Positions 25,695 to 37,924 of a stretch of 64,000 nt of DNA are shown here, in pieces. Position numbers and translations under genes: made by a program. The notes under the pieces were generated by a model. That model was not told where the DNA came from. It worked only from the letters and a program-made list of their open reading frames with translations, and did no database searches. Origin of the DNA: Octopus bimaculoides. Taxonomy: Eukaryota. The stretch is taken from assembly GCF_001194135.2 (NCBI RefSeq), contig NC_068982.1:185635125-185699124 (forward strand). The letters run 5' to 3'. Position 1 is the stretch's first letter, and every line of letters begins with the position of its first letter.

Positions 25695-25870
25695 CTTTTA
25701 CTAGTTTCAGTCATTGACTGCAGACAAAAACTGGAGAACCACCTTCAACGAATTTAGACCGATCACATCCACCTCAATATGTATTTCAGTGCCGTATTTG
25801 TGTTACTTATGTTTGTCGAATCGCTAACTTAGGCGACATAACAACAGCACCGGTTGTTTTAGACCGATAT
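25695..25870 (-). mobile_element. SINE family C half, degenerate
   Basis: ttttactagtttcagtcattgactgc...gaaccaccttcaacgaatttag, similar to 12428-12625. Confidence 0.7.
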
Positions 25871-27099
25871 AAAAGTAAATAAACACAAACTTATCTATCG
25901 GTATCTATATATGGGAAAGGCTTCTCCACAGTTTTCTACTTCACCATCCCACTACAATCTAGGAAACACTATACTACCTCACTTCCACCGTAATCATCAC
26001 CACCACTTGAATAAAAGATTACTACAACTACAACGACACACTCACCAACACCTCCTCCACCAATGTAACCATCGAAATCACCACCGCTTCCACCGCAACT
26101 ACAACAATACAACCCTGATCTACAACTTCGTCGCTCACCGCAACCACACACCGCCACTGGCACACTGACCTCCACCGTCACCATCGCAAGTCATTTTGAC
26201 TCTCAAGTTCTAACCTTGACACGCAAGTCAAGGTCGCATGTTACCGGAGCGATGACACTCGTAATCTCGTAATACCGTATAAACATTTAGACGTTCACTA
26301 GTTTTACATAGATTACAAAACGTCTCTTCTACACGTTTATTATGAAGTATGGCTCGAATTTATCAGCAGAGTTCTTCAGTTTCGCTTTCTAATGTTGTTT
26401 ATCTGGCAAAATAATCATACATATTACGTTGGTTAGTCTCTGTAGAAACACTCTAGACTGTTGCTCATGCAGGAGCGAAATCGACTTTACATCTTATTTT
26501 ATGTTATGTTATGTTATGTATGTTTGCGCGGATATGCGTAATGCATGCGTTCATGTATGGATGCATGCATACCTATCCATATATGGATGCACACACACAC
26601 ACATATCCATGTATATATATACACACACACACACACTCATGTATGCACACACACACATGTATATAATGCATGCACATGTTCATATGAATGCATTAGGGAC
26701 AAAATCCAAAATTACAGGTAAAAACTCAATTAAAATCAATTTATAAAAAATTAAAATTAAATTAAGTTTCACACACACACACACACACACACATATATGT
26801 GTGTGTTGATGCATGAATGAAATGTTGTAGGTTGGAAGGTATTCATACATGCATGCATGCTATTATTTAATTTATTTCTAGATTTCCTGCCAATAGAGAA
26901 AGATCACTGGAATTGCAACATCATCAACTGAGTGATTGTACATGTTTATGTGTATAAGTGTAAGTATTTGGCATCAGTATATGTGTAGATCCCAGTGTTT
27001 TGCTTTAAGTCTGTATTATTATGCATATAGCTGCATGTTTAGATTTGTGCATATGTACTTCTAGGCTAAACTTTTGGAAAGTTCTACATATTCATATGG

Positions 27100-27400
27100 T
27101 TCTATTGATGGCTTGTACTTGTAGTCTTCTAATTAGCTTTTACTCTTCTGGTTTTGAGAAACCTAATTTCTCAAGCTTGGTGTTGAGGTAGTTGGTTACA
27201 TGTCCATGTCTCCCAACAATTACTGGTATAAAACTTGTAGTCCAGATGGAATATCTGTAAATCCCTCAATAGTTCAGCATTTATGCTTTCTCTTTTGCTG
27301 AGCTTTAGTTTTATGTTGACGTCTGCTTGGCAACTGACTTCTACTACTATACATAGTTTCTCTTCTCTGTCCCAAATCACTGTGCCTCGTCTATTATGGT
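27100..27400 (-). mobile_element. RLE endonuclease fragment of an R2/R4-type non-LTR element
   Basis: ORF 27171..27380 IWDREEKLCIVVEVSC.ADVNI...AELLRDLQI resembles the PD..(D/E)xK RLE region. Confidence 0.6.
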
Positions 27401-27612
27401 TTAATGCTTAGGATTGTTTGTTCGTTTGTTGTACGTGGGTGTACATCTGTCTGTCTACCTGTGTATCTACAAGTAGGACTCTGATGTACAAGGCTTCCTT
27501 CTCAATCACACGTTTCTGGGTTCGGTCCCATAGTGTGAGTGAATTTGATTGACAGAAACTGAAGAGGAGCTCATTGTATGTGCGTGTGTTTATATATAAA
27601 GTCTGTCATACC

Positions 27613-27653
27613 GGCCATGACGAAGGGAAATAGCCCTGAAACTCGAGTCGCCT
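27613..27653 (+). ncRNA. Minimal hammerhead-ribozyme-like motif (PLE type)
   Basis: GGC-C(A)TGACGA-A-GGG-aaatag-CCC-T-GAAA-CTCGAGTC-GCC: stem I GGC/GCC, stem II GGG/CCC, palindromic stem III ACTCGAGT, GUC cleavage triplet. One extra A in the core. Confidence 0.6.
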
Positions 27654-28360
27654 TTATATATATACATTTATATTTATATATTTATATATTTGATCCTTTA
27701 TATTGAACACTCAATATTTCATCTACATTCAATACTTTCTTTCATGGTGCCATCCATTTTTATTTTATTTTATTTTATATTGTATATTGTATATCATATT
27801 ATATATTGTATATTCCATATTCTATACCCCNNNNNNNNNNNNNNNNNNNNNNNNNNNNNNNNNNNNNNNNNNNNNNNNNNNNNNNNNNNNNNNNNNNNNN
27901 NNNNNNNNNNNNNNNNNNNNNNNNNNNNNNNNNNNNNNNNNNNNNNNNNNNNNNNNNNNNNNNNNNNNNNNNNNNNNNNNNNNNNNNNNNNNNNNNNNNN
28001 NNNNNNNNNNNNNNNNNNNNNNNNNNNNNNNNNNNNNNNNNNNNNNNNNNNNNNNNNNNNNNNNNNNNNNNNNNNNNNNNNNNNNNNNNNNNNNNNNNNN
28101 NNNNNNNNNNNNNNNNNNNNNNNNNNNNNNNNNNNNNNNNNNNNNNNNNNNNNNNNNNNNNNNNNNNNNNNNNNNNNNNNNNNNNNNNNNNNNNNNNNNN
28201 NNNNNNNNNNNNNNNNNNNNNNNNNNNNNNNNNNNNNNNNNNNNNNNNNNNNNNNNNNNNNNNNNNNNNNNNNNNNNNNNNNNNNNNNNNNNNNNNNNNN
28301 NNNNNNNNNNNNNNNNNNNNNNNNNNNNNNNNNNNNNNNNNNNNNNNNNNNNNNNNNNNN

Positions 28361-30476
28361 GCTGCCTTGTGAGTGCTTTCCCTTTTGCAGCTCGCCAAAG
28401 AGCAATCTTTTTGGTAATTGATCGTCTGACATGCGAGCTGCGTGCCCTGCCCAGTGAAGCTGAGACTACATCGAGATGGTATGGATGCTGGGCAGGTTAG
28501 CATGTATTAGTACCTCAGTGTCCGGGATCCTCTCCTGCCACTTTATGCCGAGAAATTTTCTGAGGCGTATTGTATGAAAGTGGTTCAGCTTCCTGGCTAG
28601 TAGACCGTCCAGGACTCACAGCCGTAAAGCAGTAAAGCAGCGTTGTCAGAACAACAACCTGGCACACCTTGATCTTTGTCATGATGGTGATCCCCCTCCT
28701 GTTCCAGACAGTCTTGCGTAGCCTGCCGAAGGGAGCGCTTGCCTTGGCGAGTCTGGCATTGATTTCCTCATCGACGACAGTATTTCTAGAGAGTGTGCTG
28801 CCAAGGTAGGTGAACTTGTCCATTACGTTCAGTCGATGCCCGTTGATGGTGATGTTGGGTTCAACGTAGGGTTTGGTAGGAGCTGGCTGATACATTACCT
28901 CAGTCTTTTTTGTATTGATAGTAAGGCCAAAGTTGTTACAGGTGCCAGGAACAAGTCAACGCTGTGCTGCATGTTGGACTCAGTGGCAGCATTAGAGTGC
29001 AGTCATCGGCGAACAGGAGGTCGTTGACGGTGTCTACTGAAACCTTGGTTTTCGCTTTGAGCCTCCCGAGGCTGAAGACTGAACCATCGAACCGGTACTT
29101 GATGCCAATGCTTATGTCTGTGTTCCTGAAAGCGTCTGTCAGCATGGCTGAGAACGTAAGGTTGAACAAGGTGGGAGCAAGGACACATCCTTGTTTCACT
29201 TCGTTGGGGACAGGGAATGGATCAGAGGTTTCTCCTTTGTTCTGTACCCTTGCCAACATGCCATCGTGTAGTTGTCTTACAATGGTGATGAATTTTCTGG
29301 GGCATCCATACTTCGCCAAGATTCTCCAAAGACCTTCTCTACTAACGGTATCAAAGGCCTTGGTCAGGTCGATGTAGGTGGAGTAGAGGTCGACGTTCTG
29401 CTCCTGACACTTCTCCTGCAGCTGTCTAGCAGCAAACACCATGTCGATAGTCCCACGCTCTTTCCGGAAGCCACACTGGCTCTCAAGTAGGAGACCTTGC
29501 TCTAGGTGTGCAATGAGGCAGTTGAGCAAAACTCTAGCCATGGACAGCAGTGAAATTCCGTGATGATTGTCGCAGACCTGGTGGTTTCCATTTCGCTTGT
29601 AGAGGGGGATGATGGAGGCGTCCTTAAAGTCTTGAGGCACTGTCTCGTGCATCCAGATGAGCTGAAACAGCTGGTGAATTTTCCTGGTCAGGACCATACC
29701 GCCTCCTTTGAATACTTCAGCTGGGATGGAGTCCGGCCCAGGTGCTTTGCCACTGGACAGTCGGCGGCATGCTTTCTGAATTTCCTCCAAAGTTGGTTCG
29801 ACGTCCATTGACTCTTCAACGGGGACTTGAGGTAGCCTATCGATGGCTTCACCATTGATGCAGGAAATTCTTCATGTCATTTCTGTCTGCAAAGCCCGGG
29901 ATCATGTCTGCTTTGCTGCTAAGCCAGGAATCCTGCATCTGGCGCAACTTCGTTTGGATTGTGCTCCGTACAATCCGCAGTATGTCCTTCTTTGAAACTG
30001 ACTTGGGGTCAGTGAGGTGAGCTTTGTTAACGTGATGCTTTTCCTCTAGTAGTTGCTTGATCTCCGTGCAGTCCTTGTGCTTCTTTGAAGTTGGCCCAAG
30101 GCATTCCATGGCTGTGTCGTACAATGTCACCCGGAGTGCAGCCCAGGCTTCCTCAATATCCTTGCCTTGTAGCACAATGGGGTCCAAGCGTTGTTCCAAT
30201 GTACTGGTAAATAGCTGCTTGACATTGTTATCCTTCAGCTTGCCGATGTTCAAGCGTTTTGATGCTTTCCTATTTTGTGGTCGTCTCTTGGGCTGAACTC
30301 TAAGGTTGAGTTTGGATACAACAAAGCGGTGGTCTGTCCAGCATTCTGCGTCACACATGGTCTTCGTAACTCACACGTCTTGCCCGTCCCTCTTCTTTAT
30401 GATAACGTAGTCGATGAGGTGCCAGTGTTTTGAGCGGGGATGCATCCATGACGTTTTGTTGCAGGTGGGGAGGTTG
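28361..30476 (-). mobile_element. RTE (BovB-like) LINE ORF2, lightly decayed, both ends in gaps
   Basis: Endonuclease end SWMHPRSKHWHLIDYVI...TDH. RT motifs GKAPGPDSIP, QCGFRKERGTIDMVF, YIDLTKAFDTV, VKQGCVLAPTLF, LLFADDC, FTYLGS. Confidence 0.97.
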
Positions 30477-30943
30477 NNNNNNNNNNNNNNNNNNNNNNNN
30501 NNNNNNNNNNNNNNNNNNNNNNNNNNNNNNNNNNNNNNNNNNNNNNNNNNNNNNNNNNNNNNNNNNNNNNNNNNNNNNNNNNNNNNNNNNNNNNNNNNNN
30601 NNNNNNNNNNNNNNNNNNNNNNNNNNNNNNNNNNNNNNNNNNNNNNNNNNNNNNNNNNNNNNNNNNNNNNNNNNNNNNNNNNNNNNNNNNNNNNNNNNNN
30701 NNNNNNNNNNNNNNNNNNNNNNNNNNNNNNNNNNNNNNNNNNNNNNNNNNNNNNNNNNNNNNNNNNNNNNNNNNNNNNNNNNNNNNNNNNNNNNNNNNNN
30801 NNNNNNNNNNNNNNNNNNNNNNNNNNNNNNNNNNNNNNNNNNNNNNNNNNNNNNNNNNNNNNNNNNNNNNNNNNNNNNNNNNNNNNNNNNNNNNNNNNNN
30901 NNNNNNNNNNNNNNNNNNNNNNNNNNNNNNNNNNNNNNNNNNN

Positions 30944-30985
<42 letters not shown>

Positions 30986-31034
30986 TTATGTATATATGTG
31001 TGTATATGTATGAGTGTGTGTGTCCAGTCATGTG

Positions 31035-31165
31035 GGAATATTACCTTACTTAGAAACAAGGGTTGATGACAGGAAGGGCATTCAGCTACAGAAAATCTAC
31101 CTCAACAAATTCCATCCAACCCATTGTAAGTATGGAAAAATGAACACTAAAATGATGATGATGAT
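31035..31165 (+). mobile_element. Old RTE 3' tail copy
   Basis: acaggaagggcattcagct...ccaaccca...atggaaaa...aaaatgatgatgatg. Confidence 0.6.
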
Positions 31166-31289
31166 GCAAATATACTTAAAATAAATTCTCAACATATGTT
31201 CCCTGACATTACTTTTGACATAACAGACATTATTATGATTATAGAATTAAACTAAATTCAACTTTAGACCATGACCGGTTTCCTGCTTG

Positions 31290-31900
31290 TGTTCTGAAGG
31301 AGCACAATTTTCTAGAGGAAATCACTAAACACAGCTTTTCTATCTGAACATTCTCCGTCATCGTCTTTCATCCCAGTTTTTAAGAAGGAATGCAGTGAAT
31401 CCAGTCTCAGTAACCTCTCATATCATTGAATTCTTTGACATAGTGGTCAGATAAAAAGTGTCAGTTTTTGACTTCAGTAAAGCTTTTGACAGAGCCAAAC
31501 ACAGTATTCTGCTGCAAAAAGCTTTCTCGTATTGGAGTCCATGGAAATCTATTGCAAGGATTAAGTGCTTCTTGATAAATGGAACCCAACATGTTATGAT
31601 TGATAAAGTGTCATTAGTTGTGTCCCTCAGTTTACTGTGTTGGGCCGATTTCTCTTTATTATTTACATAAAGGACATTGCACATATCATACATAGTCAAA
31701 CAAAAATCTTTTCAGATGAGTCTAGCACCAAAGAGTCATTAATGGATTACATGACTGAACAGAGTTTGAATCTGATCTATGTGCTGTGATTCAAGGAGGG
31801 AATAAAAAAAAGAAACATAAAATCCATGTTGATAAATGAGGAAAAATTTGAGCTCGTTTACTTTGCAAAATAGATGTATTTAAATAGTCATATTCTCTTC
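31290..31900 (+). mobile_element. Degenerate CR1/L2-type RT fragment
   Basis: DFSKAFDRAKHSILL..K...IKCFLINGTQHV (ORF 31458..31670), followed by decayed QG/ADD-region sequence. Confidence 0.7.
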
Positions 31901-31994
31901 CTTCAAATAATGTCAGACTTTGTTGTAACTGTGGACAACAACTATTGCTGGAGTGTCCAACACCCATAAAGTTGATATGGCCTGTAGAATGTGC

Positions 31995-32098
31995 TCATGG
32001 ATCCTGACAATTTTCCAGTCTAGAGTTCCCAATATCATCATCCTTCTCTTTACTTTTGCTTGATTTCATCTTTAAAAGTGTTGTTAACTGTATTCACT
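31995..32098 (-). CDS. Possible terminal coding exon of the AK-like gene
   Basis: A strong acceptor tcttttgttttgtatAG at 32100-32099 gives SEYS* in phase 0. An alternative cAG at 32089-32088 gives LTTLLKMKSSKSKEKDDDIGNSRLENCQDP*. No homology support. Confidence 0.3.
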
Positions 32099-32364
32099 CT
32101 ATACAAAACAAAAGATTATGAAAATTGAAACACCATAAAGCATTTAGAAAAAAAAAGCAAAGCCTTGATTATTGGGATTACATCAAAACGTTCAAAGTCC
32201 ATATTTTTCAATATGGAAAATATTTCATTAACATAGTCTAAAAGATGTCAGTATCATGTTCACAAGTCACCCAAGACTAGGCTTGTGTACTACATACCTT
32301 CAACAAAAATAGAGCTCACATGACATAATTTTGTTACAGCAAATTTTTTTTTTATCAAATACCG

Positions 32365-32595
32365 GCAGAATTGATACTGGTGCTTTGTAAAAAGCACTCA
32401 TGCTGGTGCCACATTAAAAGAACCCAGTACACTCTATGGAGTGACTAGCATTAGAAAGGGTATACAGCTGTAAAAGCCATGCCAGAACAGACAATAAAGC
32501 CTGATGTGGCCCCTGGCCTTACCAACTCTGGTCAAACCGTCCAACCCATGCCAGCATGGCAAATAGACATTTAATACTGATGATGATGATGATGC
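32365..32595 (+). mobile_element. Old RTE 3' UTR copy
   Basis: gctggtgccacattaaaa...ggtcaaaccgtccaacccatgccagcatgg, then (GAT)n. Confidence 0.75.
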
Positions 32596-32652
32596 CATGG
32601 AATCCTAATCACAAGACCACTTAGTAACCAATATGTGTGTGTATGTGTGTAT

Positions 32653-32699
<47 letters not shown>

Positions 32700-33149
32700 N
32701 NNNNNNNNNNNNNNNNNNNNNNNNNNNNNNNNNNNNNNNNNNNNNNNNNNNNNNNNNNNNNNNNNNNNNNNNNNNNNNNNNNNNNNNNNNNNNNNNNNNN
32801 NNNNNNNNNNNNNNNNNNNNNNNNNNNNNNNNNNNNNNNNNNNNNNNNNNNNNNNNNNNNNNNNNNNNNNNNNNNNNNNNNNNNNNNNNNNNNNNNNNNN
32901 NNNNNNNNNNNNNNNNNNNNNNNNNNNNNNNNNNNNNNNNNNNNNNNNNNNNNNNNNNNNNNNNNNNNNNNNNNNNNNNNNNNNNNNNNNNNNNNNNNNN
33001 NNNNNNNNNNNNNNNNNNNNNNNNNNNNNNNNNNNNNNNNNNNNNNNNNNNNNNNNNNNNNNNNNNNNNNNNNNNNNNNNNNNNNNNNNNNNNNNNNNNN
33101 NNNNNNNNNNNNNNNNNNNNNNNNNNNNNNNNNNNNNNNNNNNNNNNNN

Positions 33150-33194
<45 letters not shown>

Positions 33195-33197
<3 letters not shown>

Positions 33198-33445
33198 GCC
33201 TTTGTTCCGGGCAGAAGAGTTTTAATTCTTTTGAGTCTTTTCCAGTAGCTGATACATTGCATCGAGATGATTTTCTTAGTGCAGCTTCATTGGATTGCTT
33301 CGAGTTTGTTTCGCCGTGGATTTTTTATTGTGTGGTGACCATAGTTGGGAGCAATAGTCTAAGTGGCTGAGAACGTATGTCCTCCAAAGGATCATGAATG
33401 TCTCTTTTTCTCTTGTTTTGAAAGTTTGGAGGATCCATCCATCCA
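33195..33445 (-). mobile_element. CR1-type LINE C-terminal fragment
   Basis: LWRTYVLSHLDYCSQLWSPH...LEAIQ...SYWKRLK. Confidence 0.8.
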
Positions 33446-33459
33446 GCCATCTGCACTTT

Positions 33460-34850
33460 ATTATAACCACTCTGAGAGTGTAGTGAGTGCTTTTTATGTG
33501 CCACCGGCATCAGGGCCAGTCAGCTGGCACTGGCATCAACCACACTAGAATGGTGCTTTTTATGTGCCACCAGCATGGGTGCCAATCAGGTGGTACTGTC
33601 ATTGGACACAACGACTTCACTTGCCTAAATAGGTCTTCGCAAGCGCAGTTTATTGCCCAATGATTGAAGGGTGCCCTTAAATGGGCTGGTTATGCTGCAC
33701 AGGCATAGGCCACGGTTACGGTCTCATGTGGCTTGCTAGGTCTTCTCAAGCACAGCATAACTGCAAAGGTCTCAGTTACTTGTCATCGATTCAATGTGGC
33801 CCAACGTTCAAAGGTCATGCTTCACCACATTATCCTAGGTCTTTTTGGGTTTGCTTTTTCCACAGGTTCCCTCTACTACTAGGGTGTGACACCTTTTCAC
33901 TCAGCTGTCCTCATCCATACGCAACACATGTCCATGCCAGCGCAGTCATCTCTCTTGCACACCATATCTGATGCTTCTTATGTCCAACTTTTCTCTCAGG
34001 GCACTTACACTCTGTTGTGTATGCACACTGACATTACACATCCACCTGAGCATACTAGCTTCATTCCTTGCAAGCTTATGCATGTTCTCAGCTGTCATGC
34101 TCCATGTTTCACTGCCATGTAGCATTTGCACACATGCATCAGACAGTCTACCTTTTACACTGAGTGAGAGGCCCTTTGTCACCAGCACAGGTAGGCGCTC
34201 TCTAAACTTTGTCCAGGCTATTCTTATTCTAGCAGCTACACTCTCAGAGTAACTGCCCCTCCCCCAATGCTACTGGCTTGGTCACCTAGCTATCAACTAC
34301 TTTTTCCCTAGCTTTTTCCCCTGGAATGTGACACAGGCTGTTTCCTGCACATTTTCAGTGTTTATTGCCCCTGAGCATTTGCTACACACAAAATCTATCT
34401 TCCCAGTTAGCCTTCCTATGATATTGCTGCACCTCTTATGTGTCCATAGCTTACACCGGGTACATTTTATGGAGTTTCTACCTATGCCTTTGCTACAAAT
34501 CAAGCAGGGCCATCTATCTGAAGGGATTTGTGGTTTGTCTGCCTTCCTACTTATTAAGACTTTGGTTTTTGCAAGATTGACCCCAAGACCCTTCGATTCT
34601 AGACCTTGCTTCCACACCTGAAATTTCTCCTCTAGTTCTGATAGTGACTCCGTTATTAGAGCAAGGTCATCAGCATAGAGGAGCTCCCAGGGGCATACTG
34701 TCTTGAATTCCTCTGTTATTGCCTGGAGGAGTATGATGAATAAGAGGGAGCTGAGGACTGAACCTTGGTGAACCCCTACCCTAATCCTACCTGGAATTCT
34801 TCACTGTACTCATTGCCATGGGAAATGTTGTTTACATCATCATCACTTAA
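33460..34850 (-). mobile_element. RTE-clade LINE 3' part: RT end, PHD-like finger, C-terminal region and 3' UTR
   Basis: GVHQGSVLS, PWELLYADDL, CLIC..CTRC..HKRC..CSKC (C4HC3), MLHGSETW, LARNEASMLRWMC. The 3' UTR at 33460-33770 matches 60771-61180. Confidence 0.92.
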
Positions 34851-34902
34851 CATCTACCTTCCATGATGGCATGGATGGTGTATATATATTACACACACAC
34901 AC

Positions 34903-34951
<49 letters not shown>

Positions 34952-35029
34952 AACAAAAAAAGAAAGAACAACTCCAACATCATCACTAGCACCACCAGTA
35001 CCATTGCAACTATATATTTATCAACTTAC

Positions 35030-35104
35030 CCGAGGAATAAATTTTTTTATTTCTTGATAAATCTCATTGTTCACTGTTTCAAATGATTTATTCTCAGTAT
35101 CCAA
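35030..35104 (-). CDS. AK5-like: AK-like gene, exon h (LDTENKSFETVNNEIYQEIKKFIPR)
   Basis: Acceptor gtgctctcctccAG, donor GTaagt, 75 nt, phase 0-0. C-terminal strand and helix of domain B, paralogous to exon c. Confidence 0.8.
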
Positions 35105-35196
35105 CTGGAGGAGAGCACATTGTAGAAAAAAAATTTTTTAATTATTGTACTTGGATTCTGATATACATGGATACAAGGATAAATGAAGACTAAAAG

Positions 35197-35694
35197 TAGT
35201 GGTTGGAAGGAAGATGTGTAGCATGTGACTGTCGCATTGACCATGACAGAGAAAGTTGAGCAGAAAATCTGCATCAAATTTTGGCAAAAGATTGGTGATA
35301 ACTTCTCAGAAGCCTATCTTAGTTCTGCTGGTTGCAGGTCTCCCAGAACATTCATCAATATCGACATTTTTTAGCCATCTTGGAAATATCTGAACCACTG
35401 GCACACTTGTGTATGGCTCATACACTCCTCTCCATACACTTTCTGCAACTTTATGTAGGTCTCTAAACAGGTATTGCCATGACAACTTTCTCTGTCATGG
35501 TCAATGCAATGATCACACACTACACATGCTCCTTCCAAGCACTCCTGTAAACAGCCGAAGTGAGCTAGAATGTTAAAACTTAGTGTGCATGCACAGCAGA
35601 GTTTAAGGTCAATCTGTGTCAAACAGCTTCATTATGCATGCTTTAGCTTCATTACTATGGTAACAGTCCGGATACTTATTGATCAAACCCTGTA
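35197..35694. mobile_element. Rearranged mariner derivative: two head-to-head copies of the transposase 5' end
   Basis: Plus strand MTEKVEQKICIKFWQKIG; minus strand ETYIKLQKVYGEECMSHTQVCQWFRYFQDG. 35199-35258 is inverted at 35483-35542. Right TIR ...gatcaaaccctg followed by TA. Confidence 0.8.
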
Positions 35695-35814
35695 TTTGTA
35701 CTCATTTATATGCATTTATGTTACTTTATATAAATTTATTGCTGTTTAATATAAAGTTTATTGATTCATATATTAGTACAGTTTAATATACATTTCTAAC
35801 ATTTGATTTACATA

Positions 35815-36020
35815 AGGTGGTGAGCTGGCAGAATCGTTAGCATGCCAGGTAAAATGCCTAGTGGCATTCTGTCCATCTTTACATTCTGAGTTCAAATTCT
35901 GCTGGGGTTGACTTTGCCTTTCATTTTTCCAGTGTCAATAAATAAGTACCAGTTGAGCACTGGGGTTGATGTAATTGACTTATTCCTCCCCAGAATTGCT
36001 GGCCTTGTGCCAAAAGTTGA
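35815..36020 (+). mobile_element. SINE family A (CpG-decayed)
   Basis: ggtgagctggcagaatcgttagc...gagttcaaattctgctggggttgactttgcc...ataagtaccagttgagcactgggg. Confidence 0.85.
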
Positions 36021-36174
36021 AATCAATATTTGATTTACACATTTACTGATCTTTTTTATTGTTTAAATTCATTTGTAATGTTTTATACATGTGTCTCTAC
36101 CTTAGAAATGTTAAAAAAAAAAAAAATGATGGAACTTGAAGACAGAGCAATGAGAACAAAAATAAGGGCCCTAC

Positions 36175-36366
36175 CGTGACTAGCCTGGACAAATCATCAT
36201 AATAATTAATGACAGGTAAGGTGTGTGTCTCAAAACAAGTGATCTCGTTAGTTATAGCTAATAGATTGTTCACTGAATATGAAGCCCTTGCACTGCGCTC
36301 CATTAGAACTTTCACAGCTTCCTGTTTAGGGCATCTTAAGTGGATCATTGTTGTAGGTAAACCAAT
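36175..36366 (-). CDS. AK5-like: AK-like gene, exon g (IGLPTTMIHLRCPKQEAVKVLMERS...FETHTLPVINYYDDLSRLVT)
   Basis: Acceptor ctttatatttcAG, donor GTaggg, 192 nt, phase 0-0. Starts IG.P and ends PVI.YY...L, like the equivalent AK5 exon; overlaps ORF 36097..36348. Confidence 0.9.
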
Positions 36367-37452
36367 CTGAAATATAAAGTCAACATATAGAGCTCATTGT
36401 TGAACTGGGTAACACATTATACAGCTTCTTCCTCCCCTACTGTTCTACCATTGTGTCAATATGTTCCTACCATTTAGCCTTAGGTCAATATATAAGGCTC
36501 CAGTTAGTACAGGTTCAGTATATTGTTGAGGCTCTTTCTATAGTGTTAATGTATTGTACATGTGAACAGTATATGGAGACCTTTGAAATGGACCACATAT
36601 CGTACACCATTTGTGAATATACAGTATTCCTAGAAAATATAAAGATTAACCTATTGTACATACTGTAATATTGATTTAAACTTACATTTTAACAATAAGG
36701 TAATATTGAGGGTGCTCTCTAGAACTGTATTGATACAGTTTAAAGTATGTAGTATTCAGTAAACAGACAGTAAATCCATTCACATTGCATTAATATAGTA
36801 TGTATCCTTCAGAAATGACATAACACCCAGTACATTTTCAAGAGTAGCAATAACAAACTTCATGCAATTCATTCCTTTGAAAGTTGCTTGCTGCTGATGG
36901 CATGTTTAATACGTGCAGTCTTTTGAAAATTGTTTACCTTTGTATTCAATCCCTATCTGCCTTTGAAAAATACTTGCTGTGGGTACCCTGTTCCTGGCTG
37001 TTGTGATCATCTCTTTGTTTCTACCATGGTAGAACTTGCAATTATTCACCAAAAATAAACTGACTTAACAATAAACTATTCTGTATGTACGTATGTTAAT
37101 TAGACTGTTTATGAAAGAAAGATTAGATTCTCCACAGTTATGCCATTCACAACGATGTTATAGCCACAACTGCAGCTTCAGTAGCTATAATCATTACATG
37201 TTCCGTATCTTTCAACAAATTATCATGCTGTTAAAACTTGTTTAACACAGTTGACAACTTCTGGAATGTGAAATCCCTTATTGAGTGGATAATTAATTTT
37301 TGACAGTGTTCATAGTAAAGTTATGCAACAGAGAAATCACTGCTGTTCGTTGTCTTTGAAACTGTAGACTACAATGATTCTCTTGTTGCTTAACATTACC
37401 CTGGACACTTGTTTCTTTCATACATGTAATACATGTACTTGCACAGTTGTGA

Positions 37453-37924
37453 CACTTGAAGCTTTGGTTAGATGCAGCAACTTTTATAACCTCAGCCATT
37501 ACAGCTTCAGCAATGTTACAAATTATAAAGCCTTCAACAAGCTGCATGCTCAAACTTGGATGCTACAACTCACAGTTACAAATATTGCAAGTTCAACAAT
37601 TTTTATAAGTTTGACAGTTTGAGGACTTAATCTAATAAAATATCCACAGCTACAAAGCTGGTCAAATACCAGTAGATCAAGTTGTCAATACATTGTGTTC
37701 TGCACCCTTTGAAGATGTTGAAACAAAGATATATTTTATTAGATTAAGTCCCCAAATTTGTTAAACTTGTGAAAATTGTTGAACATGCAATATTTGTCAC
37801 TATAAGTTGTTTCATCCAAGGCTGTGCATGAAACTTGTTGAAGGCTTTATAACTTGTAATATTGCTGAGGTTGTAATAATTGCTGAGGTTATAAAGTTGC
37901 TGCATCTAACCAAAGCTTCAAGTG
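37453..37924. repeat. About 470-bp imperfect palindrome (foldback element)
   Basis: 37453-37644 is the reverse complement of 37728-37924, with a spacer of about 85 bp. It produces the mirror ORFs 37293..37553(-) and 37807..38016(+). Confidence 0.88.

Noticed and set aside
26200-26240. 7-bp hairpin CCTTGAC-acgcaa-GTCAAGG (Helitron-like end or terminator)
   Set aside because: It is short enough to arise by chance, and no accompanying terminal motif was seen.
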